DNA of 63,986 nt, filler included, from Neolecta irregularis DAH-3 (Eukaryota): the NCBI GenBank assembly GCA_001929475.1. It is 17 parts of 17 records of this genome, joined end to end, with 100 filler letters (N's around TTAATTAATTAA, not from the genome) between each part and the next. Parts side by side here need not be neighbours in the genome. Positions count along the whole stretch, not along the records: positions 43,959 to 53,805 come from LXFE01002184.1; positions 53,906 to 55,826 come from LXFE01002194.1; positions 55,927 to 57,747 come from LXFE01002198.1; positions 57,848 to 59,141 come from LXFE01002199.1; positions 59,242 to 60,470 come from LXFE01002201.1; positions 60,571 to 62,293 come from LXFE01002204.1; positions 62,394 to 63,986 come from LXFE01002206.1; 10 more parts are not named here. One strand, given 5' to 3'. The notes under the pieces are model-generated. The model saw only the letters and a program-made list of their open reading frames with translations, was not told the origin of the DNA and did no database searches. Numbering within the stretch: position 1 is the first letter of the stretch; every line of letters begins with the position of its first letter. The position numbers were made by a program, and so were the translations under genes. Shown here one piece after another: positions 52,672 to 63,986 of the stretch.

Positions 52672-52870
52672 ATCTATCAAACAAGACAGAATAAATGACA
52701 ATTTCCTCGGATCAACCAGTTGAAAATCATAATATCTATCAAACAAGACGGAATAAACTACAGTTTCCTCGGATCAACCGTTGAAAGTTATATAATACAT
52801 TTTTCTATCAAACAAGACTAATCAAACGACAATTTCCCTGACAATCAAACTAGTTGAAAGTCACTTAATA
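52672..52870. repeat. Tandem repeat, 3 x ~62-70 bp
   Basis: TCTATCAAACAAGAC..ACA(A/G)TTTCC..GTTGAAA units. Confidence 0.85.
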
Positions 52871-52888
52871 CAATTTCAGGAATCCCGT

Positions 52889-53805
52889 TTATTCCTTTTT
52901 TCTCATACAATTGACGGGGGGAGACTGTTTTTCTGGGAAAAAGCTAAGTGTTAATGAATTCGGGCAAGGAGGAGGTACCAGTTCATAGCGGTTTCCCAAT
53001 TCTATTGCAACGGGAAGAATATCTTTTGGTTCGTTGAGGACATATTGGATATCAACTACGCGGGAGGAGTCTTCTTCGTAAAGGGTTAGTCTGGAAACCG
53101 GGGGTTCAAGGTTTAGTATGATTGCGGTGTGATCTGATTCCCATTGAAGCAATTTTGTTGTAAAGAGACTTGTTGAAGGAGACTGAGACGGTAGAGGGGT
53201 GTAGGCGAGGATATCGTAAGATGAATGTGAGATTCTGATCATTGAAGTAATGTCCCAATTGCGGAATAGAGGATCTTGGAGTTGTTCGCTGGGCAAGGAT
53301 GAGATGACATTTGCATACTCTCCGTATAGGATTGCAAACAGGTAGGCGGTGTGGAGGTACCTGGCTGCGAGAAAGATATCTTCAGCGACGAGGATGCGGA
53401 GGACAGCATAAGGACTAGAGTCCTCGATCTGGACAAACTTGATAAAAGTACTAGTAAAGTCTGGATCAATATCGAGGATTGATTGTTTCAAAAGATGATT
53501 TCTGGGGAGCACGTCTAGGACTTCAGACCAAGGGATGGGGGAGTGATCGTGATCTGAAGGGATGTATTCGGGGCTCAGATCTCGAGCAAAGGATGGATCG
53601 CGCAAGTGGGCTGGACATCGCTCAAAGATAAAGGCATAGGCCGGGAGATCATCGCCGGCTTCGCCATCTGGGATGTCAATTTGGATTTGTTGGGTGGGAT
53701 AGGAGTAATCGTCGAAAAAGTGAGTTCTGTAGAGGATGTTGTCGTCTGATCTGAACTTGAATGCTTTTGAGGTAGCTTCGTAGAAAGTGAGAGCGGTGGT
53801 GTCTG
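52889..53805 (-). CDS. Lineage-specific secreted protein, 3' part (paralog of 43959-44405)
   Basis: Open frame from the gap to TAA at 52889; shares 70 codons with the other copy. Confidence 0.75.
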
Positions 53806-53905
53806 NNNNNNNNNNNNNNNNNNNNNNNNNNNNNNNNNNNNNNNNNNNNTTAATTAATTAANNNNNNNNNNNNNNNNNNNNNNNNNNNNNNNNNNNNNNN
53901 NNNNN

Positions 53906-54285
53906 ACATTCCCCACCTAGATGGAATGAGTCCATTTACAGTTGATGTTCCTGTTATAAGAAAGCTCAACCGTGGCGCTTGTCTGCATGCTTACGGAGTT
54001 CATCGTAAACTGCTTCCAAAGATTCTAGAGTGGAGTAAGAATCCATCAGATGGAATTGATCTCAATGTTATGACCCGTCCACTTGAGTCAGGATCGGTTC
54101 AAGGATACACGCTGTGGCCCTTGGGGATGATTCAACGACCATTGACCAAAGGTCGAAATAGCCTTATTAATAACTTTGAAGGGGCAAGAGAGGATGGACT
54201 TTTGAATGACGATTGGAGGCGCAACGATGTATTTCGTCAGGACCAAAGCACAGCAAAGAAGACTGGGGTTAGCTATTGGTACTGA
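53906..54285 (+). CDS. GT25 glycosyltransferase C-terminal part (5' partial)
   Basis: ACLHAYGVHRKLLPKIL..IDLNV..GSVQGYTLWP resembles the GT25 CxxAYaVs..ga.kil..D motif. Confidence 0.5.
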
Positions 54286-54664
54286 GAACCACATTGGTTT
54301 TCTTGCGCTATCTTCATCTGTTGAATTAAATGTCTCAGGCTTTGATGGGAAGCATCAAATGTATGCAGTCCCTGTCTGTATTTGTATGTTGATTCCTTGA
54401 TGGTCTTGGGGAAGATAAATAGTAATCAATGGGTTGTTATTTAAATTGGACTGTTTTCTGCTTTGTTTAAAATTTTTGGATTTTGAGTTTCTATATATCC
54501 ATAACGCTTTGACTTAGGTATTAAAGAAGATATATTTTGACCGAAAAGACCGACTTCAGGCCCGTATTTATAGCCCCAGTGTTCTCCTATCCAGCGGAGG
54601 GAGTAGAAAAGTAGATAAGGAAAGACAAAGGTAGAAGGAAAATATTAGCAAAGAGAAGAGGAGT

Positions 54665-55045
54665 GAAAGAAAGAAAATGACCATTCGATGCCGAGTGCTT
54701 ATCATAATGCCAAAGAGACTCAGACCGAGGATTAGTTAATTCCATCGGTTCTATGGTAGAAAGGGTTTTCCAAATGATGGTTGTTGCAGGGGAGGAAAAA
54801 GGGGCGAGTGTTGTAGTTGATTGTGAGAAGGGGTCAAGAGTACAACCTTAGGAAAAGGAGAGGGCAGTGTATTTGGCTTTTAGGGCGCGAGAGAGCAGAA
54901 AAAGTGAGTGGGGGGATGCAAAGGCTCATATTAAGTGGCGGCATGCTGGAATGACTGGGGTACAGGCAGGGGAAAATTATGGTAGTGAGTTTTGTGGGGG
55001 GCATTTGGTTATGATGATTTTACGTGAAAAATGTGTCTCGTACTA
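54665..55045. repeat. Dispersed purine-rich repeat, copy B
   Basis: Homologous to 42735-43110. Confidence 0.8.
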
Positions 55046-56237
55046 CAGACAAGGAAATTTCTGGGGAAAAGAGTGAATAGGCAAGAACCGGGGGTAAGCG
55101 ATTGTTGAGGAAAAGGATTTGAGATAGGACGTTTATGTAGTCCACGATTTCCAAAATCAGTCGAGGGTGGGAGGATAATAAAAATAGAGAGAGGCTAGGG
55201 ATGCTCAGAGTTGAAACGAATTGGTTGATGTGGGTATGTTGTTAACGCGGAGCTGGGGTTCGTTAGAGTGGGGAATTGCGAGCAAATGTGGTCTCGTACC
55301 TCAACATACAAACCCTTTTTCCTCTGTGTCGGCTAGAGCTAATTCAAACAGGAAAAATGACCGAACTCTGAAGAAAATTTTGAGCCTATACCATTTCTGG
55401 GACTATCCAAACAGCCAATGGGACATCCTAGTTCCAATTTAACTATTATTCCTCTAGAAACGCACGCTGGAGCCATACCTGTCGTGGCACAAGTTCAAAC
55501 ACCTAATATGACGACTAAACTGGCAGCCTACATGGTTAATCATGCGCCCTATCTCCGGGATAAATAGCAGCACAGTACCGAGTAAAGCCTCCCCTACTCG
55601 AGCAATAATTGCTTTATCTTCATTACAATGACTCCTGTTTTAGGCCCTGTTTCTTTTCTGTTTAAGAATCGTGTAGGGAATAACATGCTGAAACAGCTGT
55701 CGACGATATTTTGTCTTGCTTTGATTGTACTCTACTTCCTGATGGATTCAGTGTACAATATCATTTGAGAGTTAGTTGACCAGCTAGTGAACAGAAGTTT
55801 GAGAGCCGCCTGCCGTATCGCGAAAANNNNNNNNNNNNNNNNNNNNNNNNNNNNNNNNNNNNNNNNNNNNTTAATTAATTAANNNNNNNNNNNNNNNNNN
55901 NNNNNNNNNNNNNNNNNNNNNNNNNNATCTACATACCCGCCCTGCAATCTTGCCCAATCTTGCTGTAATCTGGGCGCACGCCTTGACCATCCATATCAAC
56001 TCCCTCCCTCCACCCACTTCCAACTACATCAAACACTTGTTGAAACATCAACCCGTTGCCTCTTTCCTTTCGATTCAACCTGCCTGCATCAGTTCTTCCC
56101 ATATCAACATATCAACTTGGGCCTCCTGAAACCTGTCTCAGTTGGAACCTTGTGGCGCATTGGGAAGCTGTTAATACTTCTTTGTCTGTCTAGTCCATGC
56201 AACTGATGTGGCTGCAATCATCTGATGGAAAATGAGA

Positions 56238-56350
56238 CGGAAGAGAGAGAAGAAATATTCTAACGTATCGGAAGAGAGAGAAGATTCCAACGTATCGGAA
56301 GAGAGAGAAGAAATATTCCAACGTATCGGAAGAGAGAGAAGATTCCAACA
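56238..56350. repeat. Tandem repeat CGGAAGAGAGAGAAGAAATATTCCAACGTAT (alternating 30/26-bp units, x4)
   Basis: Read directly from the sequence, about 125 nt upstream of the secreted ORF. Confidence 0.9.
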
Positions 56351-56475
56351 CATCTTGGTTCAGTGGCTGAATCATCAGAGGATTCTTCACCGAATCCAAT
56401 GAGATCCAAGACAGTATGAACATAAAAGACTCGCCTTTCCACTATTCTTGCAATTCAGTCACTACATCCCCTAAC

Positions 56476-57657
56476 ATGTTGACACCGTTTATCCTTTTGC
56501 TTGGAATCGTTGCTGCCTCGCCAGTGTTAACCCCTCTGCGTGTTACCAGAGAAAACCAGAACTCCCAGATTCCTCAGCGACCCCAAAGGACGAGTCTGGA
56601 GGTTGTTCCAACAGCTTATCTCGATTACTCCAGTGACGATGAGCTGATCCAAATGACTCAGGATCCAGAGGTTACTCCAACTGTTGCTCTCGCCTATTTC
56701 CCTCGCAACAATGATGCAATGTGGGAAGACGAGGAAGATACGCGCGCTTGGGCCAAAGAGATGGAGTTAAAGAAAATCAGAGATTGGATTGCCAACGCTC
56801 CCTCATGGCTCGATGGCTTCTGGAGTGCCAATCTAGATGACGATGTCGAGTTTCAAAAGGCTAAGCCTGTACTCGCTTCACTTTGGAATGCGATTCAGCA
56901 GTTTGATTTGCCTTCAAACTACCACCTCATGGATTACGATCATAATAGAAACGACTGCAACCTGGTGCAGCTTGTCGTCGGTTCTCTGAAGGTGGTTGGC
57001 ATCCGGGTTTTTTACTACGATGTCCATGTCCTTTTAACTAAATTCGTCCTTGTCGGACGACATTTTAATGGCGGAAATTTCGATCTAGATCTTCTTGAGC
57101 ATTGTTTTGCTTATACAATGGCTACAAGGACAGTCCAACCTTCAATGGATTCATCAAGTCAATCTAGCTATAATTCTGATGATTCTGACAATTCTGACGA
57201 TCTCGCTAAATTCGCTGATGAAGAGCTTGATATCGTGGGCAAGGCCATGGAAGATTGGCAACAATCATCAAATTCGAATCTCTCCCACCCTGAAAGACTC
57301 ATGTCTGGAATCATCAAATTATGGAGGATGATGGCTAGTCTTAATCTCGATGCAGAACACAACTCTCCTGAGGAATTTTCTGATGAATACTACAAACTCC
57401 TGCGCCGTTTCATGCATTGTGGAAAGCAAATAGGATTTACAGTGAATGACAATGTCGCCGATTCATTTTTCAAAAGATATGTCGATGCAACTAATCAAAT
57501 GGATTCCATGGATGTCAATCTAGAATATTTTGCGAGGTTCTTGTTCAAAGAACTTGAATACTGGAGGCCGTTCCTCGAATCTTTGAAAGACCACGAAACA
57601 GATGAATCAAGTATCGAATCTTTGGAAGAGCACGAAAAGGATGAATCAGGTATGTAA
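56476..57657 (+). CDS. Acidic secreted protein with two internal helical repeats (may continue after GTATGT donor at ~57650)
   Basis: Signal peptide MLTPFILLLGIVAASP; 393-codon open frame. Confidence 0.7.
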   Translation: MLTPFILLLGIVAASPVLTPLRVTRENQNSQIPQRPQRTSLEVVPTAYLDYSSDDELIQMTQDPEVTPTVALAYFPRNNDAMWEDEEDTRAWAKEMELKKIRDWIANAPSWLDGFWSANLDDDVEFQKAKPVLASLWNAIQQFDLPSNYHLMDYDHNRNDCNLVQLVVGSLKVVGIRVFYYDVHVLLTKFVLVGRHFNGGNFDLDLLEHCFAYTMATRTVQPSMDSSSQSSYNSDDSDNSDDLAKFADEELDIVGKAMEDWQQSSNSNLSHPERLMSGIIKLWRMMASLNLDAEHNSPEEFSDEYYKLLRRFMHCGKQIGFTVNDNVADSFFKRYVDATNQMDSMDVNLEYFARFLFKELEYWRPFLESLKDHETDESSIESLEEHEKDESGM

Positions 57658-57847
57658 GGCAGTGTCTGTACAATGAGATATATTTGAGTTGAAATTCCCT
57701 GACGTACAAGTGTCAAACTGTGAAAATTGCCTACTCCGCACAAGTAANNNNNNNNNNNNNNNNNNNNNNNNNNNNNNNNNNNNNNNNNNNNTTAATTAAT
57801 TAANNNNNNNNNNNNNNNNNNNNNNNNNNNNNNNNNNNNNNNNNNNN

Positions 57848-59141
57848 TCGTCAACAAATGGAACACTGCACTAATCAGTTTATTGACTTATTATCGAGAG
57901 GCCGTTATTACAACTCCTGAGTTGCTTGATCTTCTTGTTCGATGCGAAACGAAGGTTCAAACGAGAGTCAAGATTGGTTTGAATTCCAAGGTATCTCTTA
58001 CTCAGACATTGCCAAATTCTCATGCTTGTAGATGCCAAGTCGTTTCCCACCAGCCGTATTCTATTGTCCTAAAGAACTTGGAGGTCTGGGTATGATATCA
58101 ATGGGTCATGTCCTTATTCCTCAATCCGATATGCGATATTCGAAACAGACTGATGCTGGGATCACCCATTTCCGAGCAGGTATGTCACACGATGAAGACC
58201 AACAGATTCCGAATTTATACCGATATATCCAGCCATGGGAAGCTGAATTCATCGATTCCCAAAGAGTATGGGCCGAATACGCTATGAAACGACAAGAGGC
58301 GGCACAACAGAACCGCCGACTAACTCTCGAGGATCTCGAGGATTCCTGGGATCGGGGCATTCCTCGTATTAACACCCTCTTCCAAAAAGATCGGCATACT
58401 CTTATCATGGACAAGGGATGGCGAGTGCGGACTCAGTTCAAAGAATACCAGTTACTCAAGAACAATCCTTTCTGGTGGACCAACCAACGGCATGACGGAA
58501 AATTATGGAATCTTAATTCCTACAGGACCGACATGATCCAAGCGCTAGGTGGTGTAGAAGGCATTCTTGAACATACGCTATTCAAAGGGACATATTTCCA
58601 GTCATGGGAAGGTCTTTTTTGGGAAAAAGCGTCGGGCTTTGAGGAAAGCATGAAGTACAAGAAGCTAACAAATGCCCAACGATCCGGTCTCAATCAAATT
58701 CCAAATCGACGATTCACTCTCTGGTGGTCTCCTACCATCAATCGAGCGAACGTCTATGTTGGTTTCCAGGTACAGCTTGACCTGACTGGCATCATGATGA
58801 ATGGAAAAATTCCAACATTGAAAATTTCTTTGATCCAGATTTTCCGGGCACATTTGTGGCAAAAGATCCATGAAAATGTAACCATGGATCTCTGTCAAGT
58901 TCTTGATCAAGAACTGGAAAGTCTGCAGATCGAAACTGTTCAAAAAGAAGCTATTCACCCTCGAAAATCCTACAAGATGAACAGCTCGTGTGCTGATATC
59001 CTTTTATTTGCCACTTACAAATGGAATGTCTCGAAGCCTTCGCTCTTGAATGATTCCCGCGATCAAATTGATGGCACTACGACTAATAAATTTTGGATCG
59101 ATGTCCAGCTTCGATGGGGTGACTATGATTCTCATGACATC
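57848..59141 (+). CDS. PRP8: Pre-mRNA splicing factor Prp8, internal fragment (intron 57991-58032)
   Basis: [60 protein letters not shown]. Confidence 0.99.
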
Positions 59142-59241
59142 NNNNNNNNNNNNNNNNNNNNNNNNNNNNNNNNNNNNNNNNNNNNTTAATTAATTAANNN
59201 NNNNNNNNNNNNNNNNNNNNNNNNNNNNNNNNNNNNNNNNN

Positions 59242-60470
59242 TAGCTGTAAAGGACACTGCAGTAGCAGTGCAAAAGGCATCTCAAATCCCGAAACTACAT
59301 AAATTTTATGGAAATGAAGATGTCAATGACTGGTGGTTTTCCATCATGGAAAGTCTACAAGGTTATACTTTGGATGCAAATGAAACAAGATGGATTATTT
59401 TCAATTCCTTAGCTGGTTATGCTAAGGAATGGTGGTGAGATAATATGACCATCATTGAAGAGGCTGCCTCACCTGAAGCACTAATTGAATTATTCCGCGA
59501 AGAGTTTATACCTAAGAGGTATTTGTTCAAACAGCACATCGCTTTCGACAAGCTAAAGGTGAAGGGATCCATTATGGATTTCATCACGATATTCCAATGG
59601 CTAAAACTATGTGTTAGTTACCCTGAGTCAATGCTGGTTCACCAGTTTATCAAATCATTTTCGACGATTCCGACTTGCCAATCAAAGCTAATCGACGGGG
59701 ATCCTAAAACTGTTTCAGATACAGTTAGAATCGCCCGCGAATTAGTGCTAAGAAAGGCAACTAACTCTGTTACCCGAAATGCCACACCCATGGAGGTGGA
59801 TGGTATCTCCAGAAGAAAAAAGGTTACCTGCCAACATTATGGCCGAGTTGGACATTGGGTGCAAAACTGCTATCAAAAGCACGGCAAGCGACGAGTGAAT
59901 AACGTCGAGTCTGGAAAAGGTCAGGGGACTCGCCGCGAGGAAGACGCGACTCCCCAGTAGATGTAGCTTGAAATAAAACTATTTTTGTTGGCAAGTCTTC
60001 CTCAGTAAAGATGTTGAACATTTCTGAAATGGGCAGTGGCCACATTAAGTTCAAAACATCAATCTGTCAAGGAACAATTTGTGGTACCTCACTAGCCCTT
60101 AAGGACGACGGCGCAACACACAACTTCATTTCACAAACCTTTGTTAAGAAGCTTGGGTTACTTACAAAGTCAACTGGTGAGAATGTTAAAATTGTGATGG
60201 CAGACTCAAAGGATGTTGAAGTCACTGCCCAGGATCAAGTATTGGTATTACTATTGATGTCAATACCATCATCAAAGGGGCATTTTACCTTCCCGATCAC
60301 ATTCGATGTTGCCGATTTAGGAATGTACGACGTCCTACTCGGCAAGAAATGGCATGAACAATATCAACAGAAAATCGATTACAGACGAAATCGGTGTCAA
60401 ATTAGTGATCATCTTCTTCAAACCTGGAATGGTCAATCAATGTCTTGTAAGGTTAATACCAGTGAACAAC
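59242..60470 (+). mobile_element. Degenerate Ty3/gypsy gag-protease
   Basis: PMEVD, zinc knuckle CQHYGRVGHWVQNC, protease (D)GATHNFIS, YDVLLGKKW; protease is in the -1 frame; internal TGA stops. Confidence 0.9.
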
Positions 60471-60715
60471 NNNNNNNNNNNNNNNNNNNNNNNNNNNNNN
60501 NNNNNNNNNNNNNNTTAATTAATTAANNNNNNNNNNNNNNNNNNNNNNNNNNNNNNNNNNNNNNNNNNNNGCATATTACTCAAGACTGAACTAGAAGAAT
60601 TACACAAAGGATAATCCAAGTAGTTAAACTCAACTCAATGAAAAGGATCCAAGCCGAAAGAAAATGAAATAAAATACAAAAAAAGAAGAAAAAAAGGAAG
60701 AAAGGGGGAACCAAG

Positions 60716-62293
60716 TTAACCAGGGGAAATAGGTGAATTTGATCCATTTTCTATTGTTTTGCGGTGCGAAAGCATGCGTTTAGCGTAAATCATGACTTTT
60801 AAAGCTCTGATCTGGAGGCCTGTGCGACCACTCAAAGCGGCTGTTTCATAGACCAAGGCGGCGGTGTTTACGTTTAAACAGCGATGGAGGCCGTCTGTAG
60901 TGAGATCAGCTAGACGAGGGAGTTGGTGTGAGGCAGCGAAGAGGAGAAGGGAGGAGAGGATTTGCGGGGATTGGAGGACGTATGCTGTTAGACTGTCGGT
61001 ATAGAGGAATTGCAGGAGAGCAAAGCAGACTGAATGTGGATATGGGAGAAACAGGACTCGCGAACGTTGGACGATATTTAAGTGTGATGAGCTTTGTGGG
61101 CGGGGTGGTAGCGAGGCAGCGCCAGAGCTGCTTCGAGGGCGATCCAAGGCGGATGAAGAGGGATCTTTTTGCTGGCTGAGGAGGGTAGCGAAGGATGGCC
61201 AGCGGAGGCTGAGGATGGCGGAGTTGCAGTTTATGCGGGTGGTGTCTTGAGTGAGGATTTCCATGTCTGAGGCGCTTGGGTCTGAGAGCAATTCGAGGCC
61301 GAGTTCGCGAGCCATTGGGGTCATGCTTGGGAGCGGGGGGGAATATATGCCAAAGGCTTCAAAGTCGACGATGGTGATGTGGTTGAAGTTTGTGAGACGG
61401 TGGTTGTAGTCTTCGACCAGGGCTCTGTCCTTGTTTCCGAGGACAATGAAGGAGTTTTTTGCGTCCCAGAGGACGCCGCGGTTCCAGGAGCCGTTGCTGA
61501 AGACGGCGCCGGGGTCGATGCGGGTCCAGACAAAGGTGGACAGGTCGAGGCCCCAGATGCTAAATGTTTGGGAGGAGTTTGTGAGATAGGTGCCTGAAAA
61601 GACGAGGGAGTTTCCGAGGATGGCGCCGTTTGGGAAGCGCAGGCCTGGGGGGTTTGAGGAGCCTTTCATTTCGTCTGAGCGGTCGAGCAGGTCAAACTCG
61701 CGCGAGTCGGGGGCGGCGGAGAGGATCTGGAGGTCTCTTTTGACGTCTGTGAAGTTGTAGTTTGAGTAGAGGTAGATGTTTGTGGGGAGCGTGTAGGAGG
61801 GAGCCGTGGGAGTTCCGGGAGTAGCAGAAGTAGCAGTGCCAGTGCCAGTGCCGGGAGCAGTGCCAGTGCCAGGAGCAGTGCCAGTGCCAGTAGCAGCACC
61901 AGCACCACTACCACTACCAGCATCAACACCACCACCAACACCAACACCACCACCACCACCAACACCACCACCAACACCACCAGCATCCACACCACAAACA
62001 CTGTCGCTGCCCGGCGCGGCATCCTGGGCGAGCGCGGTCGCCAGCAGGCAGCGCTCGGTAGAGGCGTCCGCGGGCGCCGCAGCCGCGCGGGCAGCGACGG
62101 CAATGCTGCGGTAGGCGCCGCAGTGCTTGTCGACGTGCTGGTTGAGGATCCAGGTCAGCGAGGGCAGGTCGAGCACGTTGATCTCGGCGATGTAGTTGTT
62201 TGCCTTGTCCTGGCCGCCGACGACGACCAGGCGGTCGCCGGCGACAGCGCCGAGATGGGCATAGCGCGGCTGCGGCGGCAGGCACAGGCTGCG
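60716..62293 (-). CDS. ral2: Kelch-BTB regulatory protein, Ral2-like (5' partial)
   Basis: IYLYSNYNFTDVKRDLQ, PPGLRFPNG, SGTYLT, GSWNRGVLW, EDYNHR, BTB-like ALLQFLYTD. Confidence 0.82.
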   Translation of the reverse strand, partial: RSLCLPPQPRYAHLGAVAGDRLVVVGGQDKANNYIAEINVLDLPSLTWILNQHVDKHCGAYRSIAVAARAAAAPADASTERCLLATALAQDAAPGSDSVCGVDAGGVGGGVGGGGGVGVGGGVDAGSGSGAGAATGTGTAPGTGTAPGTGTGTATSATPGTPTAPSYTLPTNIYLYSNYNFTDVKRDLQILSAAPDSREFDLLDRSDEMKGSSNPPGLRFPNGAILGNSLVFSGTYLTNSSQTFSIWGLDLSTFVWTRIDPGAVFSNGSWNRGVLWDAKNSFIVLGNKDRALVEDYNHRLTNFNHITIVDFEAFGIYSPPLPSMTPMARELGLELLSDPSASDMEILTQDTTRINCNSAILSLRWPSFATLLSQQKDPSSSALDRPRSSSGAASLPPRPQSSSHLNIVQRSRVLFLPYPHSVCFALLQFLYTDSLTAYVLQSPQILSSLLLFAASHQLPRLADLTTDGLHRCLNVNTAALVYETAALSGRTGLQIRALKVMIYAKRMLSHRKTIENGSNSPISPG

Positions 62294-62393
62294 NNNNNNN
62301 NNNNNNNNNNNNNNNNNNNNNNNNNNNNNNNNNNNNNTTAATTAATTAANNNNNNNNNNNNNNNNNNNNNNNNNNNNNNNNNNNNNNNNNNNN

Positions 62394-62594
62394 AACCCTC
62401 TGTTCACCAAAACAAGAAACCTCTGACCTTTTATAACATACATTTAAGTATTATTAATGACGTGCAATGATTGAGATGTCATTATACGCCGGCTCTGAGT
62501 GCAACTTGTGTCTAAATGCAGCTGACTGGATCTGTGCATAAACCCTGGAGAGCACAGCAGTTACCAGGTCTTGATAGAATATAAGATTAACCCC
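62394..62594. repeat. Direct repeat (~201 bp), second copy at 63782-63983
   Basis: Near-identical AACCCTCTGTTCACC...AAGATTAACCCC, about 10 substitutions. Confidence 0.92.
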
Positions 62595-62604
62595 NNNNNN
62601 NNNN

Positions 62605-63092
62605 ACTGTAGAAAATTGCACTGAGGATTGTAGCAAGAACGAAAGAACCAGGGGACCAGAAAATCGGAGGAGTATAAGAGTTTCATGTTTCCATGAACTG
62701 GTAACTTGCTGTTCCTTGACAGCCGTTTCCCAAATAGTCTCTGAATTTTTACTAGCGAGTGTACTGTCGTCGCTGGAAATTTGGTCTGTATCAACGGTTC
62801 CGTAGATGGGATGGTGGGGTCGTTGGGTGTGTCCTTGGATAACATGCGAATCGATTAATAGACTTCGTTCTTCATTTCGACATTGTTCGTATTCCGATGG
62901 TGCAAGGTTTCCAGCTGCTACAGGTGATGTTGAGAGTAATATCGGTCTTGCACCGCCGGCTTGAGCAATACTAGGGCGTCGATAGGAAGAAGCCAAATGA
63001 AGCTGAAACGATCTACGAGAACGGACGCTGTATGTGTCTTCTTGCTGTTCAACTAAAGATCCCGACTCTGAAGAGTCTTGTGGATGTACCAT
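62605..63092 (-). CDS. MATE-family transporter, N-terminal part (interrupted by gap)
   Basis: SYRRPS..EERSLL..YGT..WETAVKEQQVTSSWKHETLILLRFSGPLVLSFLLQSSVQ, typical of fungal MATE/Erc1-like N-termini. Confidence 0.8.
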
Positions 63093-63986
63093 AAACTTGT
63101 GGAGTTGGAAATGAGTGAGGCGGAAATTCCCGACTACAGATATTGTCATATGAGATTGGTTTGAACTATACATTATGATACATTCACATGCCGGGATAAG
63201 ATATTAGTAAAGAATTTCTCTCATAATCGCCGATGCCTTGTTAAAGGGCCAAGGCGTGGATGACGCATTTTACTATCCCCCATATTGATCAAACTATCCA
63301 GGGACGGTAAGCCTAATTAAAGCCGTTCCTTTCTATTGGACAATGGAACTTTTCAAAAGGGGATACTTTTTAAGGCATAAAGTTCGACATCCCTGTTCAA
63401 GTACACCTGACGAACGGAGTGATTTTACAAATAAAGGATGGTGTTTTCGTATGTTTTCTAAAACCAGGAGCGTGTGTCCAATCGCCCGCCCGACCCGCCA
63501 GAGGCTTCCGGCGGGAATCCCGCCGCCTGTGGCAGGAATTGCCAGTTATAGAATCGCACAGTATTCTCTAGTTCAGACTTTGAAGCTTGCAACCCCTCCT
63601 TCACTAAATAACAAATTGCTAACATCAATTGATTTCTATCTGGCCATTTCTTCAGTTGCTATTATTTCTCATGGAAAGGCTTTAATTAACATAAAGGCAA
63701 GAACAACAACACATACATTAGAATAGAATAATAGGGTTGCTTACACATCACCAATTTTGAAGCAAAATACCAGGCTATATAAACCCTCTGTTCACCAAAA
63801 CAAGAAACCTCTGACCTTTTATAACATACATTTAAGTATTATTAATGGCGTGTAATGATTGAGATGTCATTATACGTCCGCTCTGAGTGCAACTTGGATC
63901 TAAACGCAGCTGGCTCGATCTGTGCATAAACCCTGGAGAGCACAGCAGTTACCAGGTCTTGATAGAATATAAGATTAACCCCCGTT

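Noticed and set aside
58615-58650. PRP8 intein
   Set aside because: The known insertion site [11 protein letters not shown] is contiguous, so this is an empty allele.

Overview
Fungal (ascomycete) nuclear DNA with many very short introns (~35-50 nt, GT..CTRAY..AG) and compact intergenic spacers. The gene content (Pvg3-like GT31, Cup1-like LYR protein, Ral2) fits an early-diverging ascomycete (Taphrinomycotina); that placement is inference. The window is a concatenation of 17 contigs joined by 16 artificial N-TTAATTAATTAA-N linkers, so adjacency across linkers is meaningless. One 21-kb contig (18090-38964) is a dense housekeeping block: ENO1, SRP RNA, RRP9, PRE1, Cup1-like, URA6, ARA2-like, PAN1, LSM5, a DEDDy exonuclease, PRM5-like, FCF1 and sphingolipid C9-methyltransferase. 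Other contigs carry PKC1, PRP8, Ral2, a TRP/Flc channel, MBOAT, GT31, GT25 and MATE genes, decayed Ty3/gypsy and pogo elements, LTR-like repeats and several lineage-specific secreted proteins. Most notable: (i) a three-copy secreted-protein family with ~95% identical promoter/signal-peptide DNA but only ~40% identical mature domains, bracketed by related LTR-like elements; (ii) an intronless GT31 gene starting 27 nt from an LTR of the same family; (iii) a 207-nt structured intron in the TRP/Flc gene; (iv) a COQ6/GH18 gene-fragment mosaic; (v) PKC1 flanked by direct copies of a secreted-protein gene; (vi) CpG-type decay of repeats.
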